Source: an uncultured Chloroflexia bacterium (GTDB lineage: Bacteria > Chloroflexota > Limnocylindria > Limnocylindrales > CSP1-4). Taken from it: DNA of 64,000 nt. Location: positions 1,890,676-1,954,675 of the forward strand of contig OY970306.1 of NCBI GenBank assembly GCA_963716375.1, read 5' to 3'. The position numbers were made by a program, and so were the translations under genes. Below, piece after piece: positions 43,807 to 54,660 of this stretch (within the stretch, counting starts at the first letter, position 1; every line of letters begins with the position of its first letter). The notes under the pieces were generated by a model, which saw nothing but the letters and a program-made list of their open reading frames with translations, ran no database searches and was not told where the DNA came from.

Positions 43807-46032
43807 TTAGCTGCGACTGGAACTGCGCTTCGTCCGCCGTGACACGAAATCGACGAGGACGTACTCGCCGAGGTGCTCGGGCGACGCATAGAAGGCGCGC
43901 CCGCGATTGAGGCGGGTGACCAGGGCCACGAACTCGGCCAGGGCGCGCGAGCGCTCGAGCATGAATGTGTTGATCGTGATGCCGTCCTTCGTGCAGCGGA
44001 CGACTTCACGGAGGGTCTCCTGGATGGTCCGGCGCGTCGGTGGGTAACTGAACTCGACCTGGCCATTCTCGAAGTGCGCCGTCGGCTCGCCGTCCGTGAT
44101 GACGACGATCTCCTTGTTCGCACTCTGCTCCTTCGCCAGGATCCGGCGCGCCAGCATCAGGCCGTGCTGCAGGTTGGTGCCGTATTCGTAGCCGTGCCAG
44201 GACAGCTCGGCGAGGGCTTCGGGCCGGATCTCGCGGGCGTAGTAGGCGAAGCCGATCACGGACAGGTGGTCGCGCGGGAACTCCGTGCGGATGAGCGTCT
44301 CCATGGCGATCGCGACCTTCTTGGCTGCGACGAAGCAGCCCCGCAGCAGCATCGAGCGGCTCATGTCCACGAGCAGGACGGTCGCGGAGCGGGTCAGGTC
44401 CTCGGTTCGGAAGACCTCGAAGTCGTCCGGTGACAGCCGCAGGCCCGGTCCCGAGCGGCGGCCGGGGGCGTTCTCCTCGCGTTGCAGCGCGTTCGCCAGC
44501 GTCCGGTTGAGGTCGAGGTGGAACGGGTCGCCGAATTCGTACGGCTTGGTCGTCTCCTCGCGCTCCCCGCCGCGGCCCGACCGATTGAGTCGATGGCCGC
44601 CGAAGGCATCGCGCCGGAGGCGCCCGAACAGGTCGTCCAGGACCTTCTGGCCGATCCGGCGGCTGCCGCGAGGCGTCAGCTCCAGGCGATCGCCGCGCCG
44701 CTCGAGATAGCCCGCGCGCTCCAGCTCACGGGCCAGCTCGTCGAGCGCCTCGACGTCGCGAACCGCCTCGGGTCCCAACAGCTCGCCGAGTCGTTCGCGG
44801 TCGAGATCCCCGAGGTCGCCCGGCGCATCGATCCCCTCGAGCTGGCCCTGGAGCGCCTCGATGGACTGCAGGTTGGCCATCTGGCGGAGCGCACCTTCGA
44901 GTCCAAGCGGCTCATCGCCCTTGAACCGGAACCGCTCGCCGAGGCCACCCGGCAGGATCTGGTCGAGCGAGGCGGCGAGCTGGGCGAGGTCCCAGCGCAG
45001 CCGGTCGTCGCGCAGGAGGGCGTCCATCATCGACTGGAGCTCGCTGCGCTGCTCGGCGCTCATCGAGCGCAGCAGCGATTGCATCGCGGCCATCCGGTCG
45101 GCCAGCTGCTCGATGATGTCGTCGAGGGTCTGGGCGCCGGGAAAGAAGCGGCCGTGCTTCGCCAGGAATTCCGAGGCGTCCGGGTCGCCGCCGGCGAGGC
45201 GCTCCCCGAGCAGCTGGTTGAGGTCGCGGACCATCTCCCGGTTTGCGGCGAGATCCTCCGGCGTGACGTTCTGGATGGCGTCCGACAGGCCGCTCATGTA
45301 CTGGTCCAGGACCTGCTTCTGCAGTCGCTGGACCAGGTCTTCGAAGCGCTCCCGGGCGGAAGGGACCAGGAAGTCGTACTCCTGCAGGCTGCGAATTCGC
45401 TCGCCGACGCCACGCGGCAGGCCGTCGAGCTGGTCGAGCCGTTTGGCCGCCATGTCCCGCAGCATCGAGCGCAGCTGCGCGTCATCGAGTTGGGCGGCGG
45501 CATCTGACGGCTCCCCCACCTCGCCTGGCTCCGGCGCCGCGCTAGCCTCACCCCCTTTGCTCGCCTCTCGAGTGGACGTGTTCGAGCCGTCCCGGGCGCT
45601 GGTCTCGGGAGTCGCGCCGGGCCGCGCCGCCCGGTCCAGGCGCTCCTCGACACCTTCTCGTTCCTCGGCCACGATCGATTCGAGCTCGGCTCGCACGTCG
45701 GCCAGCGTGTCGCCCAGCTGATAGCGCTCGAGGAGCTCCTTGCGCCGTTTCCGAAGGCGATCCATCAGGCTCTGGAGACCGGCCATGTCCGGCCGGGTCG
45801 GGTCATCCGACTGCCAGCCGCGCTCCATCAGCCGCCGCAGCGCAGAGGCCAGGTCGCCTTCGCTCATCATGTCGTCCGCAAGGGCATCCATGATCTCGTC
45901 GGCCGTCAGGTCCGGCACGACCTGGCTGCCGTCCCAGCGCGAGAACCGGGCTCGGCGGACTAGGGCCGGCTCGCGAGTGGCGGGCAGGATCAGGTCGCCG
46001 AGATCGCGCGGGTCAGGCGTGTAGAAGGCCAC
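43807..46032 (-). CDS. VWA domain-containing protein (partner of ChlI-like AAA+ ATPase)
   Basis: GTG start. Long helical, acidic N-terminal region. C-terminal VWA with MIDAS-like VLLVDMSRSM ... VITDGEPT. Confidence 0.85.
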   Translation of the reverse strand: MAFYTPDPRDLGDLILPATREPALVRRARFSRWDGSQVVPDLTADEIMDALADDMMSEGDLASALRRLMERGWQSDDPTRPDMAGLQSLMDRLRKRRKELLERYQLGDTLADVRAELESIVAEEREGVEERLDRAARPGATPETSARDGSNTSTREASKGGEASAAPEPGEVGEPSDAAAQLDDAQLRSMLRDMAAKRLDQLDGLPRGVGERIRSLQEYDFLVPSARERFEDLVQRLQKQVLDQYMSGLSDAIQNVTPEDLAANREMVRDLNQLLGERLAGGDPDASEFLAKHGRFFPGAQTLDDIIEQLADRMAAMQSLLRSMSAEQRSELQSMMDALLRDDRLRWDLAQLAASLDQILPGGLGERFRFKGDEPLGLEGALRQMANLQSIEALQGQLEGIDAPGDLGDLDRERLGELLGPEAVRDVEALDELARELERAGYLERRGDRLELTPRGSRRIGQKVLDDLFGRLRRDAFGGHRLNRSGRGGEREETTKPYEFGDPFHLDLNRTLANALQREENAPGRRSGPGLRLSPDDFEVFRTEDLTRSATVLLVDMSRSMLLRGCFVAAKKVAIAMETLIRTEFPRDHLSVIGFAYYAREIRPEALAELSWHGYEYGTNLQHGLMLARRILAKEQSANKEIVVITDGEPTAHFENGQVEFSYPPTRRTIQETLREVVRCTKDGITINTFMLERSRALAEFVALVTRLNRGRAFYASPEHLGEYVLVDFVSRRTKRSSSRS

Positions 46033-46098
46033 GACTCATGATCGCACAGGGTCGCCGGCAGCCCTGCCCGAGGCGGGATCGGCCGCACCGGCGACGGC

Positions 46099-47073
46099 CT
46101 ACTCCAGCGCGACCGGGGCCACCGGCGCCGTCGCTTCCGGGGCGGTTCGGGGCGCCCGGATGATGCCGATGTAGACGCCCAGCAGCACGACGGCGGCGCC
46201 GACCAGGAAGGCCGGCGAGATCTGCTCGCCCGCGACCACGGCTGAGGCGACGACGGTGACGAGTGGCAGCAGCAGGAACTGGTAGGACGCGACCGACGCC
46301 GACAGCCGGCTGATGACGAAGAGGAACAGCGTCATCACGCCGATCGTACCGACGAACACCAGCCAGGCGAGCGCGAGCCAGACCTGTGGGGATGTCGGCA
46401 GTGGATGCGACTCGCCCGAGGCCACGGACGCGGCGAGGAAGACCATGGCGCCGACGGGCAGGGCGATCGAGGCCGCCGAGAGTGGGTTCGAGGCCGGAAA
46501 CCACTTCAGCACAACCGTGGTGACGGCGATCGCCACACCTGCGCCGAGGATCGAGAGCAGGCCGCCAAGCGGCACGTGCGAGCTCAGCTGGTCGTTGAAG
46601 ACGATGCCCACGCCGACGACCGCGATCGCGGCGCCAAGCAGGGCCGCCAGCCGGAAGCGCTCGAGCCGGATCGCCACCGCGAGGAGCAGCGTCTCCAGCG
46701 GCACGAGCGCCAGGATGACCTGCGAGACACCCGCCGGTGTATCGACGAGGCCGCGGTAGATGAGCGCCGTCGAAAGCCCGAGCCCCAGGGCCCCGAACAG
46801 GATCGTGCCGACGAGGGCCCGGCCGCGCGGTCGCGCGATGCGGAGCAGCAGCACGACGGTCCCGAGGATGATCGCCGCCGTCGAGAACCGGATGGCGCCG
46901 CCCCACATGGGCGGGAGCTCCGTGAGCGTCACGCGGACGAAAACCGTACTCAGGCCACCCAGCCCGACGGCCAGCAGGAATGCAAGCAGGGTGATGCGGT
47001 AGGCGCGAACGGCCCGCGCGGGCGCGTCATCGGCGACCGCGGGCGCGCTGTCGGCAACCGCGGGCGCGGTCAT
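46099..47073 (-). CDS. EamA/DMT family transporter
   Basis: 10 TM helices and a duplicated EamA architecture. Confidence 0.8.
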   Translation of the reverse strand: MTAPAVADSAPAVADDAPARAVRAYRITLLAFLLAVGLGGLSTVFVRVTLTELPPMWGGAIRFSTAAIILGTVVLLLRIARPRGRALVGTILFGALGLGLSTALIYRGLVDTPAGVSQVILALVPLETLLLAVAIRLERFRLAALLGAAIAVVGVGIVFNDQLSSHVPLGGLLSILGAGVAIAVTTVVLKWFPASNPLSAASIALPVGAMVFLAASVASGESHPLPTSPQVWLALAWLVFVGTIGVMTLFLFVISRLSASVASYQFLLLPLVTVVASAVVAGEQISPAFLVGAAVVLLGVYIGIIRAPRTAPEATAPVAPVALE

Positions 47074-47110
47074 CTGTCCCCCTGTCAGCGTTGGACGCGC
47101 GTCGCGTGGC

Positions 47111-48565
47111 TCAGCGCCGGTAGATCGTCCCGCCGGCGGCCCGATCCTTGTTCACCTTTCGCTGGAGGTGCAGGCCTTCGAGGATGAATTCGACCGCCGA
47201 GGCGACGACGGCCGGCGACTCGCCGCCCTCAGGCCCGTCGCCCGCCGTCAGCTGCCTGACCGCCGCTCCGAGGCCCGGGATCTCCCGCATCCAGCGGACA
47301 TAGGACTTCGCCGGCGTGGCATCGCCGGTCTCGACGACGAGGCCGCCTTCGAACGCGAAGACGACCTCCTCGAGGTCGGCGTCGTCAGCGAGTCGGCGGT
47401 TGAACGTCGTGAACATCGCCTTCGTGATGAGGCGTTCCACGATCCGCTCTTCCGGGGCTTCGTCGCCGGCCGTTTCGAGCTCGATCTTGCCGGCCGTGGA
47501 CGCGATCACGGCGCCCAGGTCCGAGACCCGCGGCGCGCCCGCGGATTCGCCGAGGCGAATGGCCCGTTTCAGCGCCGCAGCGCGCAGCACTTCCAGATTG
47601 GCCACCGAAACTCGAACGCTGACCCCCGAGCGCTGGCTGATCTCCGGGGCGCGGCGGGCCAGGTGCGTCAGCTCGGCCAGCAGCTCCGCCATGAAGCCCG
47701 GCACGATCACGGTCGGGATCGCCTCGTCGGCGGCGAACTGGAGCTGTTCCTGCTCCATGATCAGCATCTCGTGGTCGAGCGTGCGCGGGTAGTGCGTCCG
47801 GATCTGCGAGCCCAGGCGGTCCTTGAGAGGCGTGATGATGCGGCCGCGGCTGGTGTAATCCTCGGGATTGGCGCTCGCCACGACGAAGAGGTCCAGCGGC
47901 AGGCGGACCGTGAAGCCGCGGATCTGGACGTCGCGCTCCTCGAGGATGTTCAGCAGTCCGACCTGGATCCGCTCGGCGAGATCCGGCAGCTCGTTGATCG
48001 CGAAGATGCCGCGGTTGCAATGCGGGATCAGCCCGAAATGGATCGTCAGCTCGTCCGAGAGGTAGCGGCCCTCGGCGACGCGGACCGGGTCCACTTCGCC
48101 GATGAGGTCCGCGATCGTGATGTCCGGTGTCGCCAGCTTCTCGCCGTAGCGGCGATCCCGCGGCAGCCAGCCGATGGGCGTGGCATCACCGTGCTCGGCC
48201 ACGATCGCGCGCGCCGAGGGGCTGATCGGGGCCAGCGGATCGTCATTCAGTTCGCCACCGGCGACGATCGGCAGTTCCTCGTCGAGCAGGCCGACGAGCA
48301 GCCGCGCCATCCGCGTCTTGGCCTGGCCACGCTCGCCGAGGAAGACGAGGTCCTGGCCGGCGAGGACGGCGTTCTCGACGGCCGGGATGACCGTCTCCGA
48401 GTAGCCGATGACGCCCGGGAAGATTTCCTCGCCGGCCGCGAGGCGGGCCAGGAGATTCGCGCGCATCTCCTCCTTGACGGTCCGGCTCCGATAGCCGGAC
48501 GACTTCAGCTCCCCGAGGGTGGCCGGCCGGGCCGCGGGGCGATGGCCTGCGCGTGACTGCGTCAT
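47111..48565 (-). CDS. ChlI/BchI-like (magnesium-chelatase family) AAA+ ATPase
   Basis: LVFLGERGQAKTRMAR (Walker A variant), GIFAINELPDL (Walker B) and VASANPEDYTSRGRIITPLKDR. The layout is typical of the sigma54-interaction/ChlI-like group that pairs with VWA proteins. Confidence 0.85.
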   Translation of the reverse strand: MTQSRAGHRPAARPATLGELKSSGYRSRTVKEEMRANLLARLAAGEEIFPGVIGYSETVIPAVENAVLAGQDLVFLGERGQAKTRMARLLVGLLDEELPIVAGGELNDDPLAPISPSARAIVAEHGDATPIGWLPRDRRYGEKLATPDITIADLIGEVDPVRVAEGRYLSDELTIHFGLIPHCNRGIFAINELPDLAERIQVGLLNILEERDVQIRGFTVRLPLDLFVVASANPEDYTSRGRIITPLKDRLGSQIRTHYPRTLDHEMLIMEQEQLQFAADEAIPTVIVPGFMAELLAELTHLARRAPEISQRSGVSVRVSVANLEVLRAAALKRAIRLGESAGAPRVSDLGAVIASTAGKIELETAGDEAPEERIVERLITKAMFTTFNRRLADDADLEEVVFAFEGGLVVETGDATPAKSYVRWMREIPGLGAAVRQLTAGDGPEGGESPAVVASAVEFILEGLHLQRKVNKDRAAGGTIYRR

Positions 48566-48573
48566 CTGGTGCC

Positions 48574-49518
48574 TCAGTGGTGGTTGGTGCCCGAGTGCGA
48601 CCGGTAGCCATCGATCGCAGCACGGACATCGCGGACGGAGCTCACATCTGCCTTGGCCAATCCTCGCAGATCGTCCGCGCGACGGCCCTGCTCGGCTTCG
48701 AAGTCACCGGCCCTGCGGCCGGTCCGCTCGGCCAACTCGGCCACGACGCCCCAGGCGAAGTGCTCGAAATCGTCGGTTCGCTCGCTCCAGGTGGCCAGCA
48801 CGGCCGGGCCGAGTCGCTGGTGGTGGCCGTGGACGTCGCGTGCGAGCGGCCGGACGTAGTGCGCGGCCACGATCCGCCGGCGGGGCCCGTCGGCCGGCGT
48901 GGCGCCAGGCACGACGCGCAGGATCAGGACGACGCCCAGGTGGGACAGCTCATCCTCGGTCAGGTCGACTCCCGGGCCGCCGAGCTCGTCCAGGACCTCC
49001 TCGAGGGATTCGGCGTGGATCGTCGCCCCCATGCCATACCCGAGGCTCAGCGCGCGAATCGCCACTCGAGCGCGGCCTCCCCAGGTGTACCAGGGCAGGT
49101 GCTGGCTCAGTTCGGTCGCGACGAGGTAGCTGCGCGACGGACTGACTGAACCGGCCGGCGCCGGGCCCTGGTTCTGCGCTGCCCAGGCCGGGCCCTGGTT
49201 CGGGGCTGCCGGCGCCGAGCGCCAGCCGAGGCTCGCGGCCTCCGGCAGCCACTCGAATTCCTCGGCCTGGCCCCGCAGGACGATCCGGTCGGTGTCGGGC
49301 GGCAGGAAGTCGAGCAGCGCATTCAGGAGCGTCGACTTGCCGGCACCCTGCGGCCCGGCCGCGACGAGCACCGGCAGCCGGCTCTCCAGCAGCAGCCAGA
49401 GCAGGGCGGCCAGGTCGGCGTCGAGCGTGCCCGCCCGGATCAGGGCGACGATGGATCGGGGCGCCGGCTCGAAGGCCTCGGGACTCCAGCCGGCGGCCCG
49501 GGTAGCAGGGACCTTCAC
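48574..49518 (-). CDS. VirB11/CpaF-like (T2SS/T4SS ATPase family) P-loop protein, divergent
   Basis: GTG start after GGAG. LPVLVAAGPQGAGKSTLLNALLDFLP (Walker A in T2SE context) and GATIHAESLEEVLDEL (His-box region). The Walker B/Asp-box region is poorly conserved and interrupted by a duplicated NQGPA insert. Confidence 0.6.
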   Translation of the reverse strand: MKVPATRAAGWSPEAFEPAPRSIVALIRAGTLDADLAALLWLLLESRLPVLVAAGPQGAGKSTLLNALLDFLPPDTDRIVLRGQAEEFEWLPEAASLGWRSAPAAPNQGPAWAAQNQGPAPAGSVSPSRSYLVATELSQHLPWYTWGGRARVAIRALSLGYGMGATIHAESLEEVLDELGGPGVDLTEDELSHLGVVLILRVVPGATPADGPRRRIVAAHYVRPLARDVHGHHQRLGPAVLATWSERTDDFEHFAWGVVAELAERTGRRAGDFEAEQGRRADDLRGLAKADVSSVRDVRAAIDGYRSHSGTNHH

Positions 49519-49626
49519 GGCTGCTCCGGTGCGGGGGACGCGGTCACGGCGAGCGTAGCCCGGCTCGAATGGAGCGTCAAACGACCGGGTCGCGCCCGAG
49601 CCGGTCGCGGCGCGAGCCTGGCCGGG

Positions 49627-50085
49627 TCAGTCGGTCGGGGCGTCGAGCGAGTAGCCGCGGCCGGCATAGTCGAAGTCGGCGAGCTCGAGGCGTTCGAGAT
49701 CGGCGGCCTGGGGCGACGCGTAGTAGGCCCGGATCTCGCTGATCAGGCCGGACTCCTCGTCGAACTCGTACCACTCGTCGCCGCGGAGGGCCTTGCCCTG
49801 CTTCGTCTTGTAGTGCGTCCATTCGGCGACCGCGGTGTTCAGCTCCGGGTCCACGGCCACGCGTTCGAGCGCCCAGCGCGACCCAAGGTCCCGACGCGCT
49901 GCGACCCAGCGCTCGCCGATCGCCCGACCGCCCCGGAACGAGCCGCCGTACATGCCCGGCGGGAAGTAGTGGATCGCATCCGCCGTGAAACAGGCCGCGA
50001 TCGCGTCGACGTCGCCGTGGTTGCAGGCGTCGAAATACCGGACGATCAGGTCCCGCATCCGCGCCCGCTTCGCCTCGAGGTCCAC
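49627..50085 (-). CDS. SnoaL-like / NTF2-fold protein
   Basis: 152 aa. LIVRYFDACNHGDVDAIAACFTADAIHYFP is a typical SnoaL_2 N-terminus. Confidence 0.7.
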   Translation of the reverse strand: MDLEAKRARMRDLIVRYFDACNHGDVDAIAACFTADAIHYFPPGMYGGSFRGGRAIGERWVAARRDLGSRWALERVAVDPELNTAVAEWTHYKTKQGKALRGDEWYEFDEESGLISEIRAYYASPQAADLERLELADFDYAGRGYSLDAPTD

Positions 50086-50266
50086 GGCCAGACGATACTC
50101 CTCGACCGAGCCCGAGGATCGACGTCAGGGACCGCTTCGACGCTCGATCGAGCACTCGTCGGCGCTCGATCCGGCTCTTGCTGCGGGCGCATGCTGTACC
50201 CGGCACGCGATCGTCGTGGCGGCAGCCGAGCCGGCACGCACCACGTCCACTCGAGAGGGCAACGTC

Positions 50267-51226
50267 GTGGAGTCTCTGGACGCGGCGAAGAGCCGCATCG
50301 CCGGCCTGTACGTGAGCGTCCCGACCTTCTACCGCGATGACGACGAGGACTTCCCGGTGGACGCCGAGGCGATCCGGCGCCATGTCGACTTCCTGGTCGA
50401 CGGCGGCTGCGTGACGGGCAAGGCACTCATGCTTGCCGCGGGCGCCGCGGGCGAGTTCTCGTCGCTGACCTTCGACGAGCGCGTCGAGGTCGCCCAGACG
50501 GTCGTTGCCGCGGCGGCCGGTCGGGTGCCCGTGGTGATGGGCGGCCAGACGACGAGCACCCTCGAGCTCAAGCGCCTGGCCCGGGCCGCCTCCTCGGTCG
50601 GCGCCACGTACCTCCAGGTGTCGCCGCCCTTCTACTTCGCCCATACCGAGGGCGACTTCCTCGAGTACGTCCAGGCCGCGGCAAAGGCGGCGCCCGACCT
50701 CGGCCTGATCATCTACAACACGTACTGGACGAGCTACGGCGTCTCGAGCGAGCTCGTCCAGCGCCTGACCGAGATCCCGAGCGTCCTCAGCCTCAAATGG
50801 GCGACGCCGGACAACGGCTGGATGGAATCCGAGCAGATGGTCTCGACCTACTCGAAGCGCTTCGCGATCATCGACAACCAGCTGCGCTGGGTGGCCAATC
50901 ACATGCTCGGCGCCCGGGCGGCGGAGAGCTTCGTCGCGAACTACTGGCCGCAATGGGCGATTGCGCTGTGGCAGATGCTCGACGACCACCGCTACATCGA
51001 GGCCCAGGCCGAGCTCATGCGAGTGGCCATGCCGCTGCAGCGCCTCTGGGAGGAGATGGAGCGCTACACGGCCGGCGGCGGCTATCCGGTCAAGCTCTGC
51101 CTCGAGCTGATCGGCCGCGGTTCGAGCCGGGATCGGCCACCCACGCGCGACGTCCGGCCGCTCTTCCGCGAGAAGGCCCGGGCGATGCTGATCGAGAGCG
51201 GCGTTCCCGGGGTCCTGCCCGCCTGA
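50267..51226 (+). CDS. dihydrodipicolinate synthase/N-acetylneuraminate lyase family (class I aldolase) protein
   Basis: GTG 50267 after GAGAGGG. Family-like blocks GLYVSVPTFY, GEFSSLTFDER, and SLKWA (putative Schiff-base Lys). Confidence 0.75.
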   Translation: MESLDAAKSRIAGLYVSVPTFYRDDDEDFPVDAEAIRRHVDFLVDGGCVTGKALMLAAGAAGEFSSLTFDERVEVAQTVVAAAAGRVPVVMGGQTTSTLELKRLARAASSVGATYLQVSPPFYFAHTEGDFLEYVQAAAKAAPDLGLIIYNTYWTSYGVSSELVQRLTEIPSVLSLKWATPDNGWMESEQMVSTYSKRFAIIDNQLRWVANHMLGARAAESFVANYWPQWAIALWQMLDDHRYIEAQAELMRVAMPLQRLWEEMERYTAGGGYPVKLCLELIGRGSSRDRPPTRDVRPLFREKARAMLIESGVPGVLPA

Positions 51227-51253
51227 GCCCCGCGGTGGTCCATACTCTGACCG

Positions 51254-52257
<1,004 letters not shown>

Positions 52258-52261
<4 letters not shown>

Positions 52262-53056
52262 GGATCTTCGTCGCCGGCATCCGCAAGCTCGTCCGGCGCC
52301 CGGCGAGCTTCGTGACGCTGCTGATCCTGCTGGCGCTCATCGCGCTGATCTTCCTGGCCGTCGGCGCCACGGCGAAGCAGAATCTCGGCCGGCCGGGCGG
52401 GGCGCAGGCGCTCCTGCTGCTGACGTTCCCGGACGCCTACCGCTACGTCCTCTCGTTCATCCTCGGGCTGGGCGGCCTCCTCGCCGTGATCTTCGGGGCG
52501 GCCATCGCCGGCTCTGAATGGACGTGGGGCACGCTCAAGTCGGCCGTCGCCCGGGGCGAGGGCCGCGCCCGCTACATCGTCCTGACCTATGCATCGGTCG
52601 GCCGTGATGGTCGGCATCGGGCTGGTCATCGCGTTCGTCGTCGGCGTCATCATGGCGATCATCGGGGCCAACCTGGCCGGCGTGCCGACGGACGGCCTGT
52701 CCGACCAGACCGCGCTGTCGGCGCTGCCCAACCAGCTCGCCCGGAGCTGGCTCGGAATCGCCGAGGAAGGCGCGCTCGGCTTCGCGATCGCCACGATCGC
52801 CCGCAGCCAGCTGGCCGGCATCGGGGCCGGCATCGCGCTCTACTTCGGCGAGCAGTTCGCGAGCCTGTTCCTGCCGGACGTCGTGAAGTTCCTGCCCTTC
52901 AACGCGGCATCGGCCGTGGTCGGGGCGCCGCCCGGCAACGGCAGCACCGTCCCGGTTCTCGAGCCGAACGTCGCCCTGGTCGTCGTGCTCGCCTGGCTGA
53001 TCGGCGCACTCGTCGTGTCGGCGCTGTTCACGGAACGGGCCGACATCGGCGGATGA
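52258..53056 (+). pseudogene. ABC-2 family permease gene with one frameshift
   Basis: GTGA overlap with the ATPase stop. The frame of ORF 52258 reads MRIFVAGIRKLVRRPASFVTLLILL...RARYIVLTYA. The TM-rich continuation VMVGIGLVIAFVVGV...FTERADIGG lies in the frame of ORF 52589..53056. The junction is near 52575-52600. Confidence 0.6.
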
Positions 53057-53781
53057 CGGATCTCTTCCTCGAAAGCGACCGTGGCCGGCCGGCACCGGAC
53101 GGGGCGCCGGCACCGGACGGGACGCCCACGGATGGGCCTGATGCGATCGCCGAACGGCCGCTGTCGCGCCGCCAGGAGCGCGAGCTCGAGCTCGTCGCAA
53201 CGATCATCCTTGCGCTCGCCACGCTCGGCACGGCGTGGAGCGGCTACCAGGCGACCCGCTGGAGCGGCGTCCAGGCGGCGAGTTACGTGACCGCTTCGGG
53301 CCTGCGCGTCGAGTCCACCAAGGCGTCCACGGCCGCGGGACAGAACAAGCTGTATGACAGCCAGGTGTTCAGCCAGTGGCTGAATGCCTACAACGCCGGC
53401 GACCTGGCCCTGACGACGATCTACGAGCGGCGCTTCCGGGCGGAATTCCGGCCGGCATTCACGGCCTGGCTGGCCACCGATCCATTGCACAATCCTGCAG
53501 CCCCAGCCGGGCCTCTGTTCATGCCCGAGTACGTCTCGGCCGATGCCCAGCAAGCCGACGACCTCGAGAAACAGGCGGCGGCCGCATACGCCGTCGGGGT
53601 CGAGGCCAACGAGACAGCCGACAGTTACGTGCTCAACACCGTGTTCCTCGCCTCGGCGCTCTTCCTGGCCGGCGTCGCGGGCCGGTTCGAGTGGCGTTCG
53701 GCCCGGATCGCGGTGCTGGCCACCTCGGCGGTGGCCCTGGTGATCGGACTCCTGAACATCGTCCGTCTGCCGGTGCACTGA
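53053..53781 (+). CDS. DUF4337-like membrane protein
   Basis: ATGA overlap with the preceding stop. The architecture is a TM (LVATIILALATLGTAWSGYQA), a long helical region and two C-terminal TMs, resembling DUF4337. Confidence 0.5.
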   Translation: MTDLFLESDRGRPAPDGAPAPDGTPTDGPDAIAERPLSRRQERELELVATIILALATLGTAWSGYQATRWSGVQAASYVTASGLRVESTKASTAAGQNKLYDSQVFSQWLNAYNAGDLALTTIYERRFRAEFRPAFTAWLATDPLHNPAAPAGPLFMPEYVSADAQQADDLEKQAAAAYAVGVEANETADSYVLNTVFLASALFLAGVAGRFEWRSARIAVLATSAVALVIGLLNIVRLPVH

Positions 53782-53987
53782 CCCGAACCTTCGACCGAGC
53801 GCCGGGCGGGCGCGGAAGTCTCCCCTGCACCTGGCCGCGGCTTTGCATCCGTCTTACAGAGTGAGCGCGATCGGCGGTGGCGGACGTCGCCGCCGCGGAC
53901 GAACGTGAGGACCGATCCGGTTCGGACCACAGATCCTGGTCCAACCCGGCCCGCACCCGCGTCACCTGCCTCGAAGGAGCCAGAACG

Positions 53988-54551
53988 ATGATCCACTCGC
54001 TCACTCGCCTGCCCGACCGCCGGCTTCTCGGCGGCATCCTGATCGGCGTCGTCATCGGCGTCGTCGGGGTGGGCGCCGTGACGGCCTCGCCGGCCGCATC
54101 GAACGCCGTCTCGACCGCCGCCGCACAGCCCGCCGCCATCACGCTCGCCGCTCCGACGACACCGGGCGGTGCGACCGCCGCCGCCGCTGCCCCGATCCGC
54201 GCCCGTGCCCTGCGGGCCTTCGTCCGCGACAATTTCCGGGTCACGGTCTCGGCCACGAGCAAGGCCGGCACGAAGGACATCCTCTACGTGCGCGGCGCCC
54301 TCGCGATCGGCAACGGGACGGTCACGGTGACCTTGCCGGACGACTCCACCCAGGCGTTCACGACGGACGCGACGACGATCGTTCGCGACCAGGGCAAGAC
54401 CGTGGCGCTTTCCGATCTGACCTCGGGCGAGCGGGCGATGGTCTTCGGCCTGCGCAATGCCGACGGCACCTGGACCGCGAAACTGATCCGGTGCGTCCGG
54501 GAGGCCGCTGCTGCACCGAAGGCGAACGCAAGCGCCAGTCCGGCGCCGTAG
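53988..54551 (+). CDS. membrane-anchored or secreted hypothetical protein
   Basis: ATG 53988 after GAAGGAG. N-terminal TM/signal anchor LLGGILIGVVIGVVGVGAV, then a beta-rich domain. Confidence 0.55.
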   Translation: MIHSLTRLPDRRLLGGILIGVVIGVVGVGAVTASPAASNAVSTAAAQPAAITLAAPTTPGGATAAAAAPIRARALRAFVRDNFRVTVSATSKAGTKDILYVRGALAIGNGTVTVTLPDDSTQAFTTDATTIVRDQGKTVALSDLTSGERAMVFGLRNADGTWTAKLIRCVREAAAAPKANASASPAP

Positions 54552-54660
54552 GGCCGGCCTGCGGTCGCTCGAATCACTCGGCCCGGAGCATCGCTCCGGG
54601 CCGAGATGCGTTTCGTGATCGATCCGATCGGGCGCGGACCGGACTCGGCCCTCGAGGAGT

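Noticed and set aside
47111-48565. Magnesium chelatase for (bacterio)chlorophyll or cobalt chelatase for B12 synthesis
   Set aside because: No ChlH/CobN large subunit or other tetrapyrrole genes are nearby. The AAA+/VWA pair fits the widespread non-photosynthetic family of unknown function.
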